From positions 1-64,000 of the forward strand of contig JAUGWO010000095.1 of assembly GCA_049724395.1 (NCBI GenBank): a stretch of DNA of 64,000 bases, read 5' to 3'. This document shows, one piece after another, positions 1-14,199 of this stretch; position 1 is the first letter of the stretch, and each line of letters starts with the position of its first letter. Under the pieces are notes generated by a model. The model was not told the origin of the DNA. It did no database searches and worked only from the letters and a program-made list of their open reading frames with translations. The position numbers and the translations under genes were made by a program. The DNA comes from Spongospora subterranea f. sp. subterranea (lineage: Eukaryota).

Positions 1-201
1 TTGATCGAACATATTCAGGAACGCTTGAGTGGGATGCGTCGCTGCCGATGTAGGCGGGCTCGTGGAGCGTGTCGCCTAACACTACTGGAACGAATAACCC
101 TGTTGAGAAATGGTCAGTGGATGACGCATGAACGGTGCGGGGCTGTGTGTCGAAGAGGTTGAGTTTAGTCGTCACCGCAAACATGATGTCGGGGCGTGGA
201 C

Positions 202-300
202 ATTGTGCAGCTACCGGAAGGTTTCGGGAAAGAAAACAAAGGCGCGTTTGCGAAACTTAAACAGGCCTTATATCGTTTCTATATATTGGGATTGAATTCG
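202..300 (+). mobile_element. Short Ty1/Copia-type reverse transcriptase fragment
   Basis: Translation VQLPEGFGKENKGAFAKLKQALY..GL resembles the Copia RT motif QPEGF...KLKKALYGL. Very short. Confidence 0.4.
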
Positions 301-574
301 GCCTGGCACGATTTCGCCTCCCGTCCTCCGCAGAACGTTCATCGTCCCGCCGGCCAACAGCACTGTCTCGCTCGGAGCACTTGGCATTTCCGTTCCCCGG
401 TTATGGTCAATCGAGCTCCCGTTCAAATGGGACTCCAAGCCGTTCGTCCATCGTTTCAATATCGTTCAGCCATCCAAGAAGCTAGAGTGATCATCGGCCG
501 CAAAGCCCGCTAGGTACAGCATCGGCGGTCTGCCCGTTCCAATCGCTAACCAAGCCAACGACAGACGTGATGAC

Positions 575-1426
575 GTGGTACCGTCGCTTGCCTCGGATGC
601 TGACACTGCCAACCCGTTTCGACAACAACACCACCTGCTGGCTGCAATAAAGCGCAATCAGGCCATTGCAGTCAATTCCTTCTGCAAGCTGCCGGAAACT
701 GTCGTCCATCTGAACACGAACGATGAGAGTCCAGTCTACCGGCGCCAGTACCGCCTAACCCACCCAACCTATTGTCGACGCCCAAATATCTCATGGCTTG
801 CAGACGGGAAGGTAATGCCATCGTCACGTTCTTGTCAGTGGAACCATCCTCTATTGGTCGTCCCCAGCAAGACCTCGGACGGAACCAAGGTCCCCGGCCG
901 CGTCTGTATCGACCCGCGCGCTCTTAACGTCAAGCTCACGCCAGAACGTTTTTCAATGCCAAGGGTGCGTGATATCTTCCAGACAATGGCAGGTCGCAAG
1001 GTGCCTTCAAGCCTGGATCTCGAACAGAGATTCCTCCAGCTTCCAATCCACATTCCAGACCGCGAAAAGGTTGCCTTCTCGTGGAATGGACGCCGCCAGT
1101 TCATGTTTGTCGGCACTCCGTTCGGACATCTGCCGTCTTCCAGCGTACGAACTACCTTGCTTCAACACAGCAACTGCACAGTTCCCTTTCAGGACGATAT
1201 CACAATCGGTTCGCACAGCGACGAAGATCACCTCGACGATCTCAGCGCGATGATAGACCTGCTCACCGCCGTCAATCTTTGCCTAAGAACCGCCAGGAGC
1301 AGCATCTTCTGTAGATGCTTCACCTGTTGTGTCACGTCCTATCCGCTCAGGGCACCGCCATCGACAGGCGCAAGCTGGCCTACTCCCACGTCTGCGGGCA
1401 AGCAATACCTTGGACTGCTGAATTAA
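575..1426 (+). mobile_element. Degenerate Ty3/Gypsy LTR retrotransposon reverse transcriptase
   Basis: PVYRRQYR, WNHPLLVVP, RVCIDPRALN, SSLDL..FLQLPI, KVAFSW..FMFVGTPFG and FQDDITI match Gypsy RT motifs in order. Frameshifted after about 1315. Confidence 0.85.
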
Positions 1427-2230
1427 TTTCGAAAATTTTATTCCTGATTATTCAACGCTGGCCGCCCCACTCGAGGAACTTCGCATCCTTGTATCAACAG
1501 AGAATTGCTGGACGATTGTCCTTGAAAAGAGTGACAGGTCGCCGGTGCTGCCATTATCATTTCCTTTCCAGCCTTGTAGATAAAATATGATACTGACACG
1601 ACGCGTGCAACAGATTTTTGTGATATTTGAAAAGTCTGTTAAGTACTTCGGCTTCGTCAACCAAATCTCCACGGCGATGCATGCTGTAGGCAATATAGTA
1701 CTGTACATGCGTTGATAACCACCATAAAAACTGACCTCAGAACAAAAAGGCAAATTTGAAAGAGGAAAGGACACTGCGCCAGATAAACTGTAGCTCCATC
1801 CACTCCACCTTTTATCTTGGAATAAAGCGATCAAAGGTTTTGACTGGGTTCATCGGTCCCTTCAGCTCAACCTCAACTTGAATCATTCGCAAAAATCTGT
1901 ACAGTGACTTGATGATATCTGATTCAGTTTTGTTTATCCATTGCTTGATTACTCGGGTTGCTGGCATTTACGATTAATACTCACAGGCAATGTTGGTGAA
2001 GGAGGGAGAAAATCGGTGGAATTAGATTCTTGTATTAGAGGGGAAAAAGAGAGAGATGAAGGACGATCGAACGGGTATCTCCAGGTGCACTCACGAGAAC
2101 ACGCGCGCAGGATCAGGGCACCACAGGCAATCAAATCAAATATATAATCACAGAGAGAGAAACTGACTGCCGACCGGTATCGCACGAGACTGATTCCGTC
2201 TCGTACGATGTTCTTGGCGACGCTGATGAG

Positions 2231-4953
2231 ACAGCCGCCGTGTAAGCATCTTGCAAGAACACATATATAGGGGTATGGGCGACTAGATCGGGTGATAGAC
2301 CAGATCATGGATCTTGGTTGACCAAAAACACAAACAGCACCATCATTTCGCAATGATACAAAACTCCGATTTCCGGATTCTGACAAAGAACAACGATTTT
2401 TTACGCTTACAGAGTTCTGAGAATGACGCTTCATTCAAAGCCCTCCAGGAATGAATGGTGTCATGATAGTCTTCAAGGTCATAATGCTTTGCCGTTTGAG
2501 AATATTCCTATGGAATTCAACGAAATTGGGACATGGCGTGTATATGGTCATGGATTCCGTCTGTTGCAGACATGTTAACGAGGACCTGCTCATAATCATT
2601 TCGATTTTCCAGCCGATCGTTCCGAGGTCCAATCAGGCCGCTAACAATACACCTCTCCCCGATCGCGTCCTGAAATGTGCCATGTTTTCCAACGAAGTAA
2701 AATCACAGCCACACCGTCCTCATGGCAACATGAACCGATACGGTTCGGCCCCGTCCTTGAACATTGAGAATTTATTACGGCAGATATGCTGAGCAGACTC
2801 TTGTCAACGGTGACAATTTGGCGGCGATTGTGTATTCCCCCCTTTTCCCCTTTGAAATGTGGTGCAATCGCTAAACGTGTCCCTTTCGGCATAGAATCGG
2901 AAGTTGTTTGAACCTGCTGGCGCTGTTGAGATGAGCGTTTGGGTCGAAACATGTGCACTATTAGGGTGAGTTTGATATATCCCACACCCAATATGACTCC
3001 CCACACCACATTCCATCCAACGGCTGTACGAAGAATCGGTGTCGCCAAGGCCAGTATGGCCAGCGATTGGATTAATAAGGTAATCCCGATCCCGATGGCA
3101 CAATACGATAATCGATGGAGCAGATTGTCCATGTCTGATCGCACAGGGCCGACATTCTCTCCTAAACCTTTCGACACTTTCCGACACTCAATCTGAAATC
3201 CAATCGCACCCGACAGGAAATCGAATCCCAGGACGACTCCGATAATCAGGAAGACCAGGCTGGTGAATACGTCGAATACGGGATAGGCTGACTGAAAATA
3301 CGTCGCGTATAAGGAGCCTACCCCTATGTCCAACAAGAGAACAAAGAGGCACAATAAGACTGTCGACAATATGCTGTCGCCACGAAGAAATCTCGTCAAC
3401 AGACTTGCGGGTCGACCGAGTTCTTGGACTTTACTATTCCAAAAGGCGGACGAGACGATCGAGATGACTTGATGACTGCCACTGCTCTGCGTCACAAAGA
3501 ACAGGGTTACTGGGCCAGGGAGATTGGCTGTCGAGAAGAACCCACCGATGGCCAGTACCGGCCCCATCACGGAGGCGTGCAGAAGGGCGACCGATAGCGC
3601 CACTTGAGGATACCCCAAGCGTCCCCAGAGAAACCGTACGAACCGGGAGGGTGATCGATTACAAATTTTAATGCTGGCCAGATATTCGCTATAGATAACC
3701 TGAAAATGGCCACATAGAAACACGGCGCATGTGATCCAGATCTGGATTAGGAGAATGACCGGGATCCATCGCACGAAAATCTGGTAATTCCAGGACGCGA
3801 ATCGCTCCTCCCAGATATTATAGTCGGGGAATATGGTCACGAAGCAATCCAGGATTGTCGGCAACTGCGTTCACCAGATCGTCGGACTCCTGCAGGACCA
3901 TGAATGGAACATCGGATGTGTTGGGCAAGCATTCGGGACAGCGATCCCAGCAATTCACCGCTATGCTCGGAGGGAATACAGAAAATACTACAAAATCAGT
4001 TAGACATGTTCTAACGATAATCGGGAGCACTGCGCAACCTATGATTCCGACGGCCCCTTTCCTGACGAACAAATCGTTGACCTTGTCTGCAGAGCATCCG
4101 GCCCACTTTTTCACCATCACCACTGATCCGATTATCGCGTTCGCGTCGATCTGGTCGTTGTCGCACGAATCTTTGTCGTAAAGGTGCATTCTGGCGGTGA
4201 TCGGGTTGATATGGTCATCGTACTGGGTGCCGATGAACCTGGTGAACGATGTGCTGTACAGGTTGAGCCCCGATAATGTTCCATTAATGAAGGTGATACC
4301 GGCTCGGCTGGTTCCAGTTAATACAATCGCCACAATCGCCAAAGGAACTAGTCGGATTAAGCAGCTCATCGAAATTGCGTTCTGGCCGTGTTTCGATGGT
4401 ACAGTTACCAGATATTGAAATCATTCTCTTATCAAGAGGTACCGCCTTACCAGTATTCTCAACAATGCTTTATCCCATCTACACCGAATATCCCGAACAA
4501 CCGCAATGGGTACAGGATCGGGAAATCCGAACGCTCTAGTTGAATTAACAGATCGGATGTTGAATTTGGGGACTCGATGCGATCATTTTCACGAGCGATA
4601 TTGTCGGAGAATGTGTGATTATGCTGAAAAGGATCGCACCGTGAACAATTGGCAGGATTTCTTGCCGTCGCAAACAGCTCTGTATCGCAGTCAGGCATAA
4701 TTCCTTGGCCAGAAACTTGATGTGCACTCAGTTGACAAAGGTCGTCAATATATGGCAAGGTGTTTTCTCCCTAATGAGATACCAAACTCAGCAATTTCGT
4801 GTTTGTATGTTGCAGCTTGGTTCCGGTCTATCTCGGTTGGTGGCAGGAAGGTCCAGATAAGTGTAAGGGATGTCTTCGAGACGCTGTATGATGCCATTTT
4901 GAGAGTCCCCCAAGGTTGTGTCGAATAAGGAAAATGGAGTACAGGTTGAGCAC
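2231..4953. repeat. Segmental duplication, copy A (matches ~19121-21961)
   Basis: Both copies start acagccgccgtgtaagca and end aggttgagcacg, and are colinear through the PA-7TM gene and both flanks. Confidence 0.9.
2641..4369 (-). pseudogene. Signal peptide-PA domain-7TM protein, copy 1 (single frameshift)
   Basis: Exon 1 4369-4039; 51-nt GT-AG intron 4038-3988 with a CTAAC branch motif. One extra base near 3848 relative to copy 2 (CCTGGATTGC vs CCTGGTTGC) splits ORFs 3818-4369 and 2641-3864. Could be a sequencing error. Confidence 0.75.
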
Positions 4954-5899
4954 GTAGAGGTCTCATCACATGGCCTGAATGAATATGGGACAGTGAGCTG
5001 ACTGCAGTCAACTCACAGGATAATCACTTGGCATTTTTGAGCCCCTGACTGTGAGCGGTGGCTTTTTTCTACCGCGCGAGATGCTTGGACACTAGCACAA
5101 TAGGGTACACTAATGACTTTGACACAGTCAAATCATTTGCGCTCACTGGTTAACTATGATATGCCGAGACGTCTTTTCGAAAGCGTCAACATCAAAAGCA
5201 CTGCGAGTACTTCGGAACGACTCAATCGCAAACTACTCTATTTTATTCCATGTAACAAATAGGGGTCAGCATTTATTTAAACTTGAATTCTTTCAGCACA
5301 CGCAAAAAATTGAATTAAACACTTAACATCATGTATTTATGATTTTGCTCATCCATCGTTTAAAGATAAAATGTCCTGTGCACTTGGAATATTTTCGAAG
5401 CACTCGCAGTGCGTTCGATTTTGACGCTTTGGAAAAAGACGTCTCGCCATATCCTAAGATGGAGTGCATCTCGGAGTTCAACGACTCAATTGCGGATTCG
5501 GGGATCTTGAGTCTCACTAGACTCGGATGGAACTGCATTGGACGAGTCGCTGCTTCGCTCGCTTGTTCGCAGCAATGAAAATTCAGGCCGGACAACCTCT
5601 TGCGTTGTGGCTCTACCAAAATGAATACGTTCATCGCAGACACTTTCAGGAATCGTAACAATGGACGCAACTACAACTGTAGTGTCTGGAATGTGATTGT
5701 CAAATATACTGGCAACAACAACACCGCTAGTGGACTCTGAAGAGGTAAAATCAATAAAGAAATCCACCAAGAAACCCTAACATACCTGCCACTCGAATGG
5801 ATTGTTCGCTTGGTTTGGAAGACATGTCGCCAATTTCTGCATCTGGGAGACATACATTAGAGTAATAAAACAAGCGATCCTAACTTGAGTTACCAGGCG

Positions 5900-7780
5900 A
5901 AACAACAGACGACTGATCCCTCTGATGTCTTGTGAGTGGGCTCTAGAACTTCCAGATCGATGGCCAATCCCGTTGCGATCGGAGTGGACACACGATCGAC
6001 AATTCACAGGCAGGCGCTTTGGCTTGGCCACCAAACGCGACTCGTTTGGTTGCGAAGCGATACGACCAGGCCGCGGACGGGCTCGTGGCAACCCGGAGCA
6101 GACCGGTTCATTTGCACGAATTGGACTGCGGTTATGATTGATTTGCTGAGTTAATGCAAGAGTCGTCATCTTGAACCCATGTGTACCAGCATCTTCTGCT
6201 GATTTCACAAGTTCGTTGGCTAAATTCATCAGCTTTCGAAAACGCTGAGTCTTGAGGGCAGTACAATTGTTGGTACACATCCAAGTCAATTGGTGATGAA
6301 TGCAAAACATGTGCTGACTCCATATCCATGGCTTCTGGTGAAGAGTGAACAGATGAGGCATCACCTGAGGACAATCCCAACGATTCTATGACAGAACGGT
6401 ACAGCGGATGTCTATCCAACCTCCATCGGGGTGCCAGATTCTTGACATCACGCATGGGACGATTGAGATTGGCAAAAACCGCAGCAATACGTCGACATGG
6501 GATCAAGGACGACGTGTAAAACCCGCAAACACAGCTGGGAACTGCTTCTGTTTCGTGACCTGGAACAACTACTAAAGATTCGCCGCCGGAGCCATCATGA
6601 CGACGAACCTGCCAATGCGCACCATTGAAAGTAGAACAGTACTGGTCCGCAAGCAACAACTGGTTGGTCCACAATTTGTCTACATGGGAACTCCAGCGAT
6701 GCGACTGAAGAACACTTTTTCAATTTCAGAAACGGCTTCCAGTTCTTGCCGAGCCACGAGTGCTTCGAGGTGCTTGACAAGCTCCAACAAGTTAAACTTT
6801 CTGATATCAATGGCAGACGCCTTGATTCGTGCGTTGATAGATTCAGCTCGTTGAGTGGACACGTGTCCAGCCGAAAAAATTCGGGAAGAAAACGTTGGGC
6901 AAATTCTCTCAAAATCTTCGCATAGTTCCGTTATAAAGTTCAGAGCTTTCTCAAAACAATTGCAACGGTTTACCAGACGGTCCACAATCTGATTGAACGA
7001 AGCTGGATCCAGGATTTCATAGAGCAAAGTCGAGCAAAGTTTGTTGAACTCTGTCGACAACTTCTCCGGGAGAGACGCAGCAGCGGAAAACATCCCTCTT
7101 GAGAAATGATGCACGCATAGTTTGTGCTTTACGTTGAGGCTTTCCGAGCAACAGTATAGTACGCGACTGCCCCGTACGACATCAATGTCGATTCCGGCTG
7201 AGCAAGGCTACACAACTGCAGACTTTCTTCGATAATAGAAGCGGTTTCCGACGGTGCTAGGGTTATTGCAGATATCGTGCTCTTGCCTAAGCAATCAACA
7301 TTTGTGAATACAATCAACACAAGGTTGTAAGCAGAAATGTTGAAGGTGGCATAGGCGATAGTAAAATCTCCGTACTGCAGAGCGTATGGCACCATGCATG
7401 GAAATTGGATAATGGCGCTGACAATTATTGCTGAAATGTCGTATCCTATGCTTGCCGAATCAGATATAGCTCTTGCGGCGTAAGGTTTTGTTGAACTTGA
7501 GCAAACGAGACCCCTCGCACACTGACGACCGCGTTCAAAGGGTGGGAATATGTGGGACGGAACCCCTTTTCCTTGACGATGTACACGTTTTTGGCAAAAT
7601 CGTAAGTGAACAAGACTTGATGCGGACAAGCAGCGTGTCTGCAATAAAATCGTCCGCGCTCTCTACCCCAAACAATTTCACTGCCCGCTGAGCATCCATT
7701 CGATGCGGGCTCCGGTTGACGTGAAAATTTTGCGACCTCGCGAAAGTTTGGATTTTGGACAGCAGATCCTGGTAGACCAT
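5900..7780 (-). mobile_element. Degenerate Mutator-like (MULE) transposase with SWIM zinc finger
   Basis: Broken ORFs give YATFNISAYNLVLIVFTNVDCLGKST, GHVSTQRAESINARIK, SWIM CVCGFYTSSLIPCRRI, LAPRWRL and a C-terminal CRSC..GHR knuckle. Confidence 0.8.
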
Positions 7781-8404
7781 GAATGTATCGCCTGGATAAA
7801 CATCACCGGGCGAGCGAATTTGCGATGGACAACGACTGAGTACAAGAATTAATAAACCATTATGAAGACAACAAAGCTATTAATATACCTCGCATCAAAA
7901 GAGGCACTATCGCCTGGATAAACATCACCGGCGATTACTGATGAATCACTATAGAGGAGTTAAGGTGAAGAACAGTATGCGATTAAAATTAAAAACCTTT
8001 CCATACAGCCATCTCAGCGACGGCAGCATAAGTGCTAGGCGATAGTTGACTAAACAAAAAACCATCAGAGATAATTGAACCGTTAATTATATGTAAAAAA
8101 AATCACCACCTCGAAGATTGCATTGCTGAAACTGAAACAGAAGACACTAGATGAAGAGAGAATTGATTCGGCATATGACATGATCCGCAACCCTAAACTG
8201 CGATCCGCAACCCTCGCTCAGTGCAATATAAGCATTATTAGACTGTGCCAAACATCTCGGGCGGTTGAAACGCGCGCGGTAGAGGGGATAGGCCGGACTG
8301 CGAGGGGGCCGCGGCACTGGTCACTTTGTATTTGCCTCTGCTTATCTGGAGTTGTTGGCTTTTCTGGAGTTGCGCAGTTGCGGATTGATGCGGATCACCC
8401 CATT

Positions 8405-8806
8405 TTGATTCGCCTGTTGTTTAATTGCCTGCGGTATGGTCTTGGTAAGATCCGATTTGGTCAGTTGAATTATATATAATTTGACCTGCAATTTTCTTTT
8501 CATCTGCTTTTCTCTTACGTTCAGCTTTATAGATGCGGTTTTTGAATTGTTTTGGAACCTGTTACCAAGGCCAGACAGAAACTGGCAACCTCGTCACGAA
8601 GACGCTCTGGATTCTGTTTTAATGTCTATACTCGACGATATCTCTGTCAGTTATGCAACAAAACAATTCAAAGACCGCATCTATAAAGCTGAACGTAAGA
8701 GAACAGCAGATGAAACGAAAATTGCAGATCAAGCTATAATTCAACTGACCAAATCGGATCTTACCAAGACCATACGGCAGGCAATTAAGCAACAGGCGAA
8801 TCAACC
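8405..8806. repeat. ~150-bp inverted repeat (8405-8553 vs 8659-8806)
   Basis: ttgattcgcctgttg...gaattgttttg is the near-exact reverse complement of caaaacaattc...caggcgaatcaa; spacer about 105 bp. Confidence 0.9.
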
Positions 8807-9850
8807 AAAAAATGCCAAAGGCGGTTTGCGACCTTCTCCTCCAAATCGCCGTCAACATCCAACGAGGAGAACACCAAAACCAACAAACGAAAACCGTGTA
8901 CAAAAAGTTTCCTCAAGAAATACAAGGCGTACCACTACCTCCACAAGAAAACAGCGCTCGCCAAGAAGGTCGTAAATACTTTGATCACTAACTCGAGATT
9001 TCACAACCATTTACCTGCAGACTTTCCGAATACTTCGAACATCCATATCTGAGAACTAGGAGCCAAATTCGTTCCACGCCCTACAGAACCCAGCTCAGAT
9101 CTCTACTGTAATGCCTTAGAACACACAATTCAACGCATCAAGATCCAAGATGGTATTAGAAACATTCCCAATCGAGATGAAGTATACGAACCTTCTTTAA
9201 AGAGAACACTTTCTTCGTGGGAACCAAGCCAATTGTCTATCCAATGCTTCACCCTGATCACACACATCAACAAATGTGTCAAACAAATCATCGCTGAACG
9301 CAAGTTACCTCTGTCGAAACCAAGTAATCTATTCTTCAACTGCATAAGTTTGAAAAATCAGCTACGTCTCAAAATCGTCGCAGCGGATAAGAAATATCGG
9401 CCTGGTTGCATTGGATATTTCGGACTACAATCGTTTAGTCATGGCACATCTGAACAACCTGGACATCTATGAGCCTATCTGTACCAACTTCTGGAACATC
9501 TTAATTCAATTCCTGAAAGAAGAATTATTTGAACTCAAAGACGAATTTGCCAAGGATTGCACTAAACAGATGGACGAATACTTGGAGGACGGCCCACTAG
9601 ATAGACTACCTAAATTTCATGTATTACCGAAACTACATAAACCCGGTTCCACAAGCAGACCTATCATCGGCGCCCCAGCTTGGATCACTACTAAATGGTC
9701 TATCTTGTTGACTACTATCCTCAACAAATATCCAACCATCCATACCATTAAGAACTCCAAGATGCTCATCGATCGTCTAGAAAACATTGCAATTCCAGAT
9801 GACCATGTACTAGTTACCGCCGACGTTAGCAGCTTATACACTAACATGAA
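8560..9850 (+). mobile_element. Penelope-like retroelement (PLE) RT, 3'-truncated and degenerate
   Basis: LGAKFVP, KIVAADK..DISDY, LPKFHVLPKLHK..SRPII, IKNS and LVTADVSSLYTN are characteristic PLE RT motifs. Similarity ends after SLYTNM; the YxDD motif and GIY-YIG domain are not seen. Confidence 0.85.
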
Positions 9851-10519
9851 ACAGTTTATTCATTCTTTGAACGAGCACCACGACACAACATTTGTGTTCG
9901 TCATGGATTTCTCCGGGGTGCAAGAAGGTCATGTATATTCAAAAAAGTGTTTATGGTCTGCCAGGATTTTTTCAAAGAAACAAGAAAATATTCAAAAATA
10001 AATGTACCTATTTGGAGGCCAATTTTTGTTTCTGTAAAAGGGTTCATGGTGGAGGGGCAACTGATCTCAGGCCACGGTTCAGACAGTACAGCTATTCGTT
10101 TGCCATTTCGTGTTTAGATATGTGCAGGGCTCCTCGTTCGACAACCCATTTATATCTCAATCTGTGCAGCCAGGATCGCACTTCGACGTCTCCAGGTCGC
10201 CACCGTTTGCGAATGGCGATGCAGTGATTTTACCCATCATGGTCGCCACATCGCCTGTTCCTGATCCATAATACGAGCATGCTGCACTTTCCAAACGATT
10301 ACCCTCTATGCCAATGACCTGGAAGCGCAACCAACGCCAAAGTTGGCGTCTTGATGATATGGAGCCATGCAATTGCACCAAATTGGCTTGCGAACAAAAC
10401 ATAGACCCTATTGCTGTCAATGTGATGAGAAATCACTTCTCAGATTTGCATAGAAGAGACTCTGCAACCAGCCGTTCCGGGTAGTTTCAGGTCTGGATGT
10501 TCCGGCTGTGCCATTAGCG

Positions 10520-11990
10520 AAAAACACTTTTTATTTGAACGGCCGCAAGATGACGTTTAAACATCAAACGAAGGATGGCGGCTACTTCAAATGCAGCCTG
10601 GCTCGTCAAAATTCGGCTGCGATTGTGCCGTCGTTTCCAGAAATGGAAGTATACGGGAGATGAGGAGTTATTCTAGCCGTCCTTTTGGTGAACCCCTCTC
10701 GTTTCCCGATATGATCGACGCCAGAGACGAGGTACTCTACACCTTTAACGTTATTTGAAAATGCTGATTTTTGCACATATCAGATGATGACAATTGTTGA
10801 TTCTTTGGCAACAGCAGACCTCCGCAAGAGGTTTTTGCTGAAGCGCTGGGAGTGATATCTTCTAAATATCAACACTGTCCGTTCAATGCCTGGAGCGGCA
10901 TGTGGTGATCAGCAGGGTACATTTTATTAGAGCTGAAAACTGTCGTTCCGACAAGTTTCGGGAGATCGAGCAGCCGGAGTTGGCCCTTACTCAAGACAGA
11001 ATGTCGTCATTTCTGGCGTTTTCGACCTCAGTGCTGGACGGCACCACCTTGCATCGCTTGTGTGGTTGGGGTCATCCGGGACTGTACAAGGTGTTGAGGA
11101 GAAACCAGATTGAATTATTTGTCGATGGGACCTTTCGTCTTGACCCTCCCTCAGCCATTCCATCAGCTCGTTATAATCATGGTACACTACGCGCTATGGA
11201 TCATGATTTATACCTACCTGCGTTTTATGTTTTGATGACGGGCAAGTCGACACTTCCTTATAAGTTTTTGTTTGGCTTGGTCGCTTTGAAATTAAATGCT
11301 CCTATTCGCCCGGCAACGTTAGCTGCGATTTCGAAGGTGCATTAATCAAGGCCATCAAATGTTTGATGTTTGATGTACATAGTTTTGATGAGAACTGATT
11401 GCAAACGCCTTCAGAAACGTTTCCAAGTATCACCCATGCTGTTGGTTGTTTTATTGGTTGTTTCTTTCATTGGAAACAAGCCAACCACAGAAAAACTGCT
11501 GAGTGGCTTCAGGATAAGCCCCAACGTATCTGATGAGGACGGGATTACTCGACGTACTCACTGTCATTCCGCATGAGGAGATTCCTGTACAAGGATTTGC
11601 CTACATTGGAGATTCCTGTACAAGGATTTGCCTACATTAGAGATTCCTGTACAAGGATTTGCCTACATTGAAGATTGTCTTCAGAGTGTTTCCAGATTCG
11701 CAGACGGAGCATGAAATTTTGCGACGTTATTTTACATATTTTCGCCGAACTTGACTGAATATGTATAATATTCAAGACTGAAATATATACGGGCAAATAG
11801 AGCGACAAGAGCCCATTGTGAACCGCTCTAATAATCCTCTCGGGTCGTATAATAGCAGATGTAATAATTTGTTTCCTTGCTCCCATCCGACTCTTCCGGT
11901 CACTTTCTCGCCTTGATTCACCAGTGTGATAAAGGAATTAGCCGACCTCCGAGGCATGCTCCAAGGCTGTTACCTACTTTAGAGATGATA
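10520..11990 (+). mobile_element. Degenerate MULE transposase (second family)
   Basis: LFVDGTFR...YLPAFYVLMTGKS..Y (MULE DDE domain) and downstream NRSNNPLGSYN..N.FP.SHP. Many stops and frameshifts. Confidence 0.75.
11577..11675. repeat. 31-bp tandem repeat x3
   Basis: gagattcctgtacaaggatttgcctacatt(g/a) repeated three times. Confidence 0.9.
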
Positions 11991-14199
11991 CCGGCTGGAT
12001 ATCTTGAGTTTTGCCGTCGCAGAAGTGTCGATATTCAGCATTCCATTTCTGGTACTATATTTCTTAATTGCTGCTTGATCGTTCATGACATGACATTTTT
12101 GCAGAGGACGATGACTTTGATAACGAAAATGGTTGCGAAGAAGTTATTAGTCGTTACCAGGAAGAAGCCGACTTTAATTGTATGTGATTGGAATTGCTGT
12201 CAAGTTTGCCCTTTGTGATCCGGCTATGAACTGTAGGCATCGTGGCGACATTGTTATGGCGCAAATCAGTAACAACCCAGAACCATACACAGTGAGCGTT
12301 GCTCCTGTCAGTTTGCTCAGCAGCATACTCGCAAATAGTTGTTGCTGCTGTAATCATTCATCAATATAATCACGACTTTTTTTTCCATGAACCTTAGCAG
12401 GAGATGTTAGACCCACAATCGCCGAATTTACAAGCGCCGAAGCTGCCTTGGTTGCCAATGATTGTTCAGGATCTCCTGGCGAGTCATCAGAGAGCGACAG
12501 CAGTTTAGATACCTTGTTGATAGTTCGCAGAGGGAATTTGAGTGTCTTAATATCGCAGCAGACGGGTTTATTGATGTTGCCCATTCTCAGCATACAACGT
12601 CTGGATCTAACGTTCAGATCGAACCAGTGTTTAATCCCAGCCTGTAAGATTGCTTTCTACTGCTTACCATGAATGTTAAACATTGTTTTATTCAGTCCTG
12701 AGGCTAGTCCCGGAACAAATATTCTTTATTGGATTCTCGATAGGATTCCTGGCTTTGCCGATAGTGCAATGTACGCAACCATTTTGACGGTATGTTGCTG
12801 TTTTGATGGACGTTAAATTTCTAATTTGGCATACATGTTTAGCTTTTTGACCCGGACAGGTATAAGGAAACAAACATCCCGTTTGAGCTTGACTCAGGTC
12901 ATATTCTTCGGCTTGATACAATGGTATTGATTGTCCCGTTTGTAACATGTATGAAAACAGCGAATCATATTGCAGATAAGAGTTGTTGCTCCCGTCGAAT
13001 CCCGTGGTATGTTTCCAATAGAACAATTCAAACTTGCGTCCTGGCACTGTTTCGGGAATGACTCGAGGTGAGACGTTACATCAATGTTTACGTCTGCATG
13101 CTCAAAAGCTGCGGCGGAACAATCCTGGCTATGAGAGTTTGTTTCAAGAATTTCAAATGATTTTTTTTTAATAGTACATTACTGTACAGTATAGAAATAA
13201 ACTAACTGTGAACCCTAGTAATTTGATCGAAAAAAAATAAGAATCATGTAGCACGGTGAACCCGTAACCAGGAACCGCACTAGAAACAGTGGGTAACAAT
13301 CTTTGGCAACACATTCATGACATGAGGTGGGGGATAAAAGGGTTCACAATTTATTTTATTATGCCTCGAGTCATTCCCGGGTCTGTGCCAGGTCGCAAAT
13401 CGAATTGTTCAATTGGAATCATACCATGGGATTATTTGAAAAATTCAAATGAATAAAAAATTCCTTTACATAATAAATAAACTAATTGTGAACCCTAGTA
13501 ATTTGAGTAAAACATCAGAATCATGTAACCCGTAACCAGAAACCGAAAATAATCGATGCCCGGGACGAAACCAATCACGATTCATCACGAACAAATTTCA
13601 AGGGTTTCATGCAAATTTGAGACAAAATTCATATATTCCTCAGTCTGGCGCAGTTTTCATACTTTGAAAGCGGGAAATCTTTCTGTCCGCCGGCGGACAG
13701 ACTGGATTCTGTCCGCCAGTACCCTATGTGACGAGACTGGCGGATGGAAAAGGATTCTGTCCGCCGGTAGGGTGCACTGTACTACGGTAGTTGTCAGGAC
13801 CTCACGAGACGACGGAGTTAAATCAACTGTAAAAATAAAATGTTCGGATTCTTACGGAATCTCGTCCTAAACTGCCGATTGTCCCGGAGACTTTACCAGT
13901 CTATGACGCAGCTGTGTCCCAGAAGCTCCACCCGCACATGACGCAGAACAGGCGTCGATTGTGCAGCCGATCCCTGATACCCCTTGTTCCGCAAACGCGC
14001 CGCATCTCACGGAACCCTTGAACGCCGCTCTGGCAATTGCACCCTTTACCGGTAACTGGTCTGCGTTAACAAAACCTTTCCAAGAGATGGCAAGGGAAAA
14101 CGGCACCATGATCGAGTTTGACACGAAAAATCGTTTTTTATTGAATTATGGGGCCAGCAATTCCGCTACTGCAGCACTCCAATTGATGAACACGAAGGT

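Noticed and set aside
7938..7975. Hammerhead ribozyme near the Penelope element (ctgatga...)
   Set aside because: No GAAA core after the putative stem II and no convincing stems I and III.
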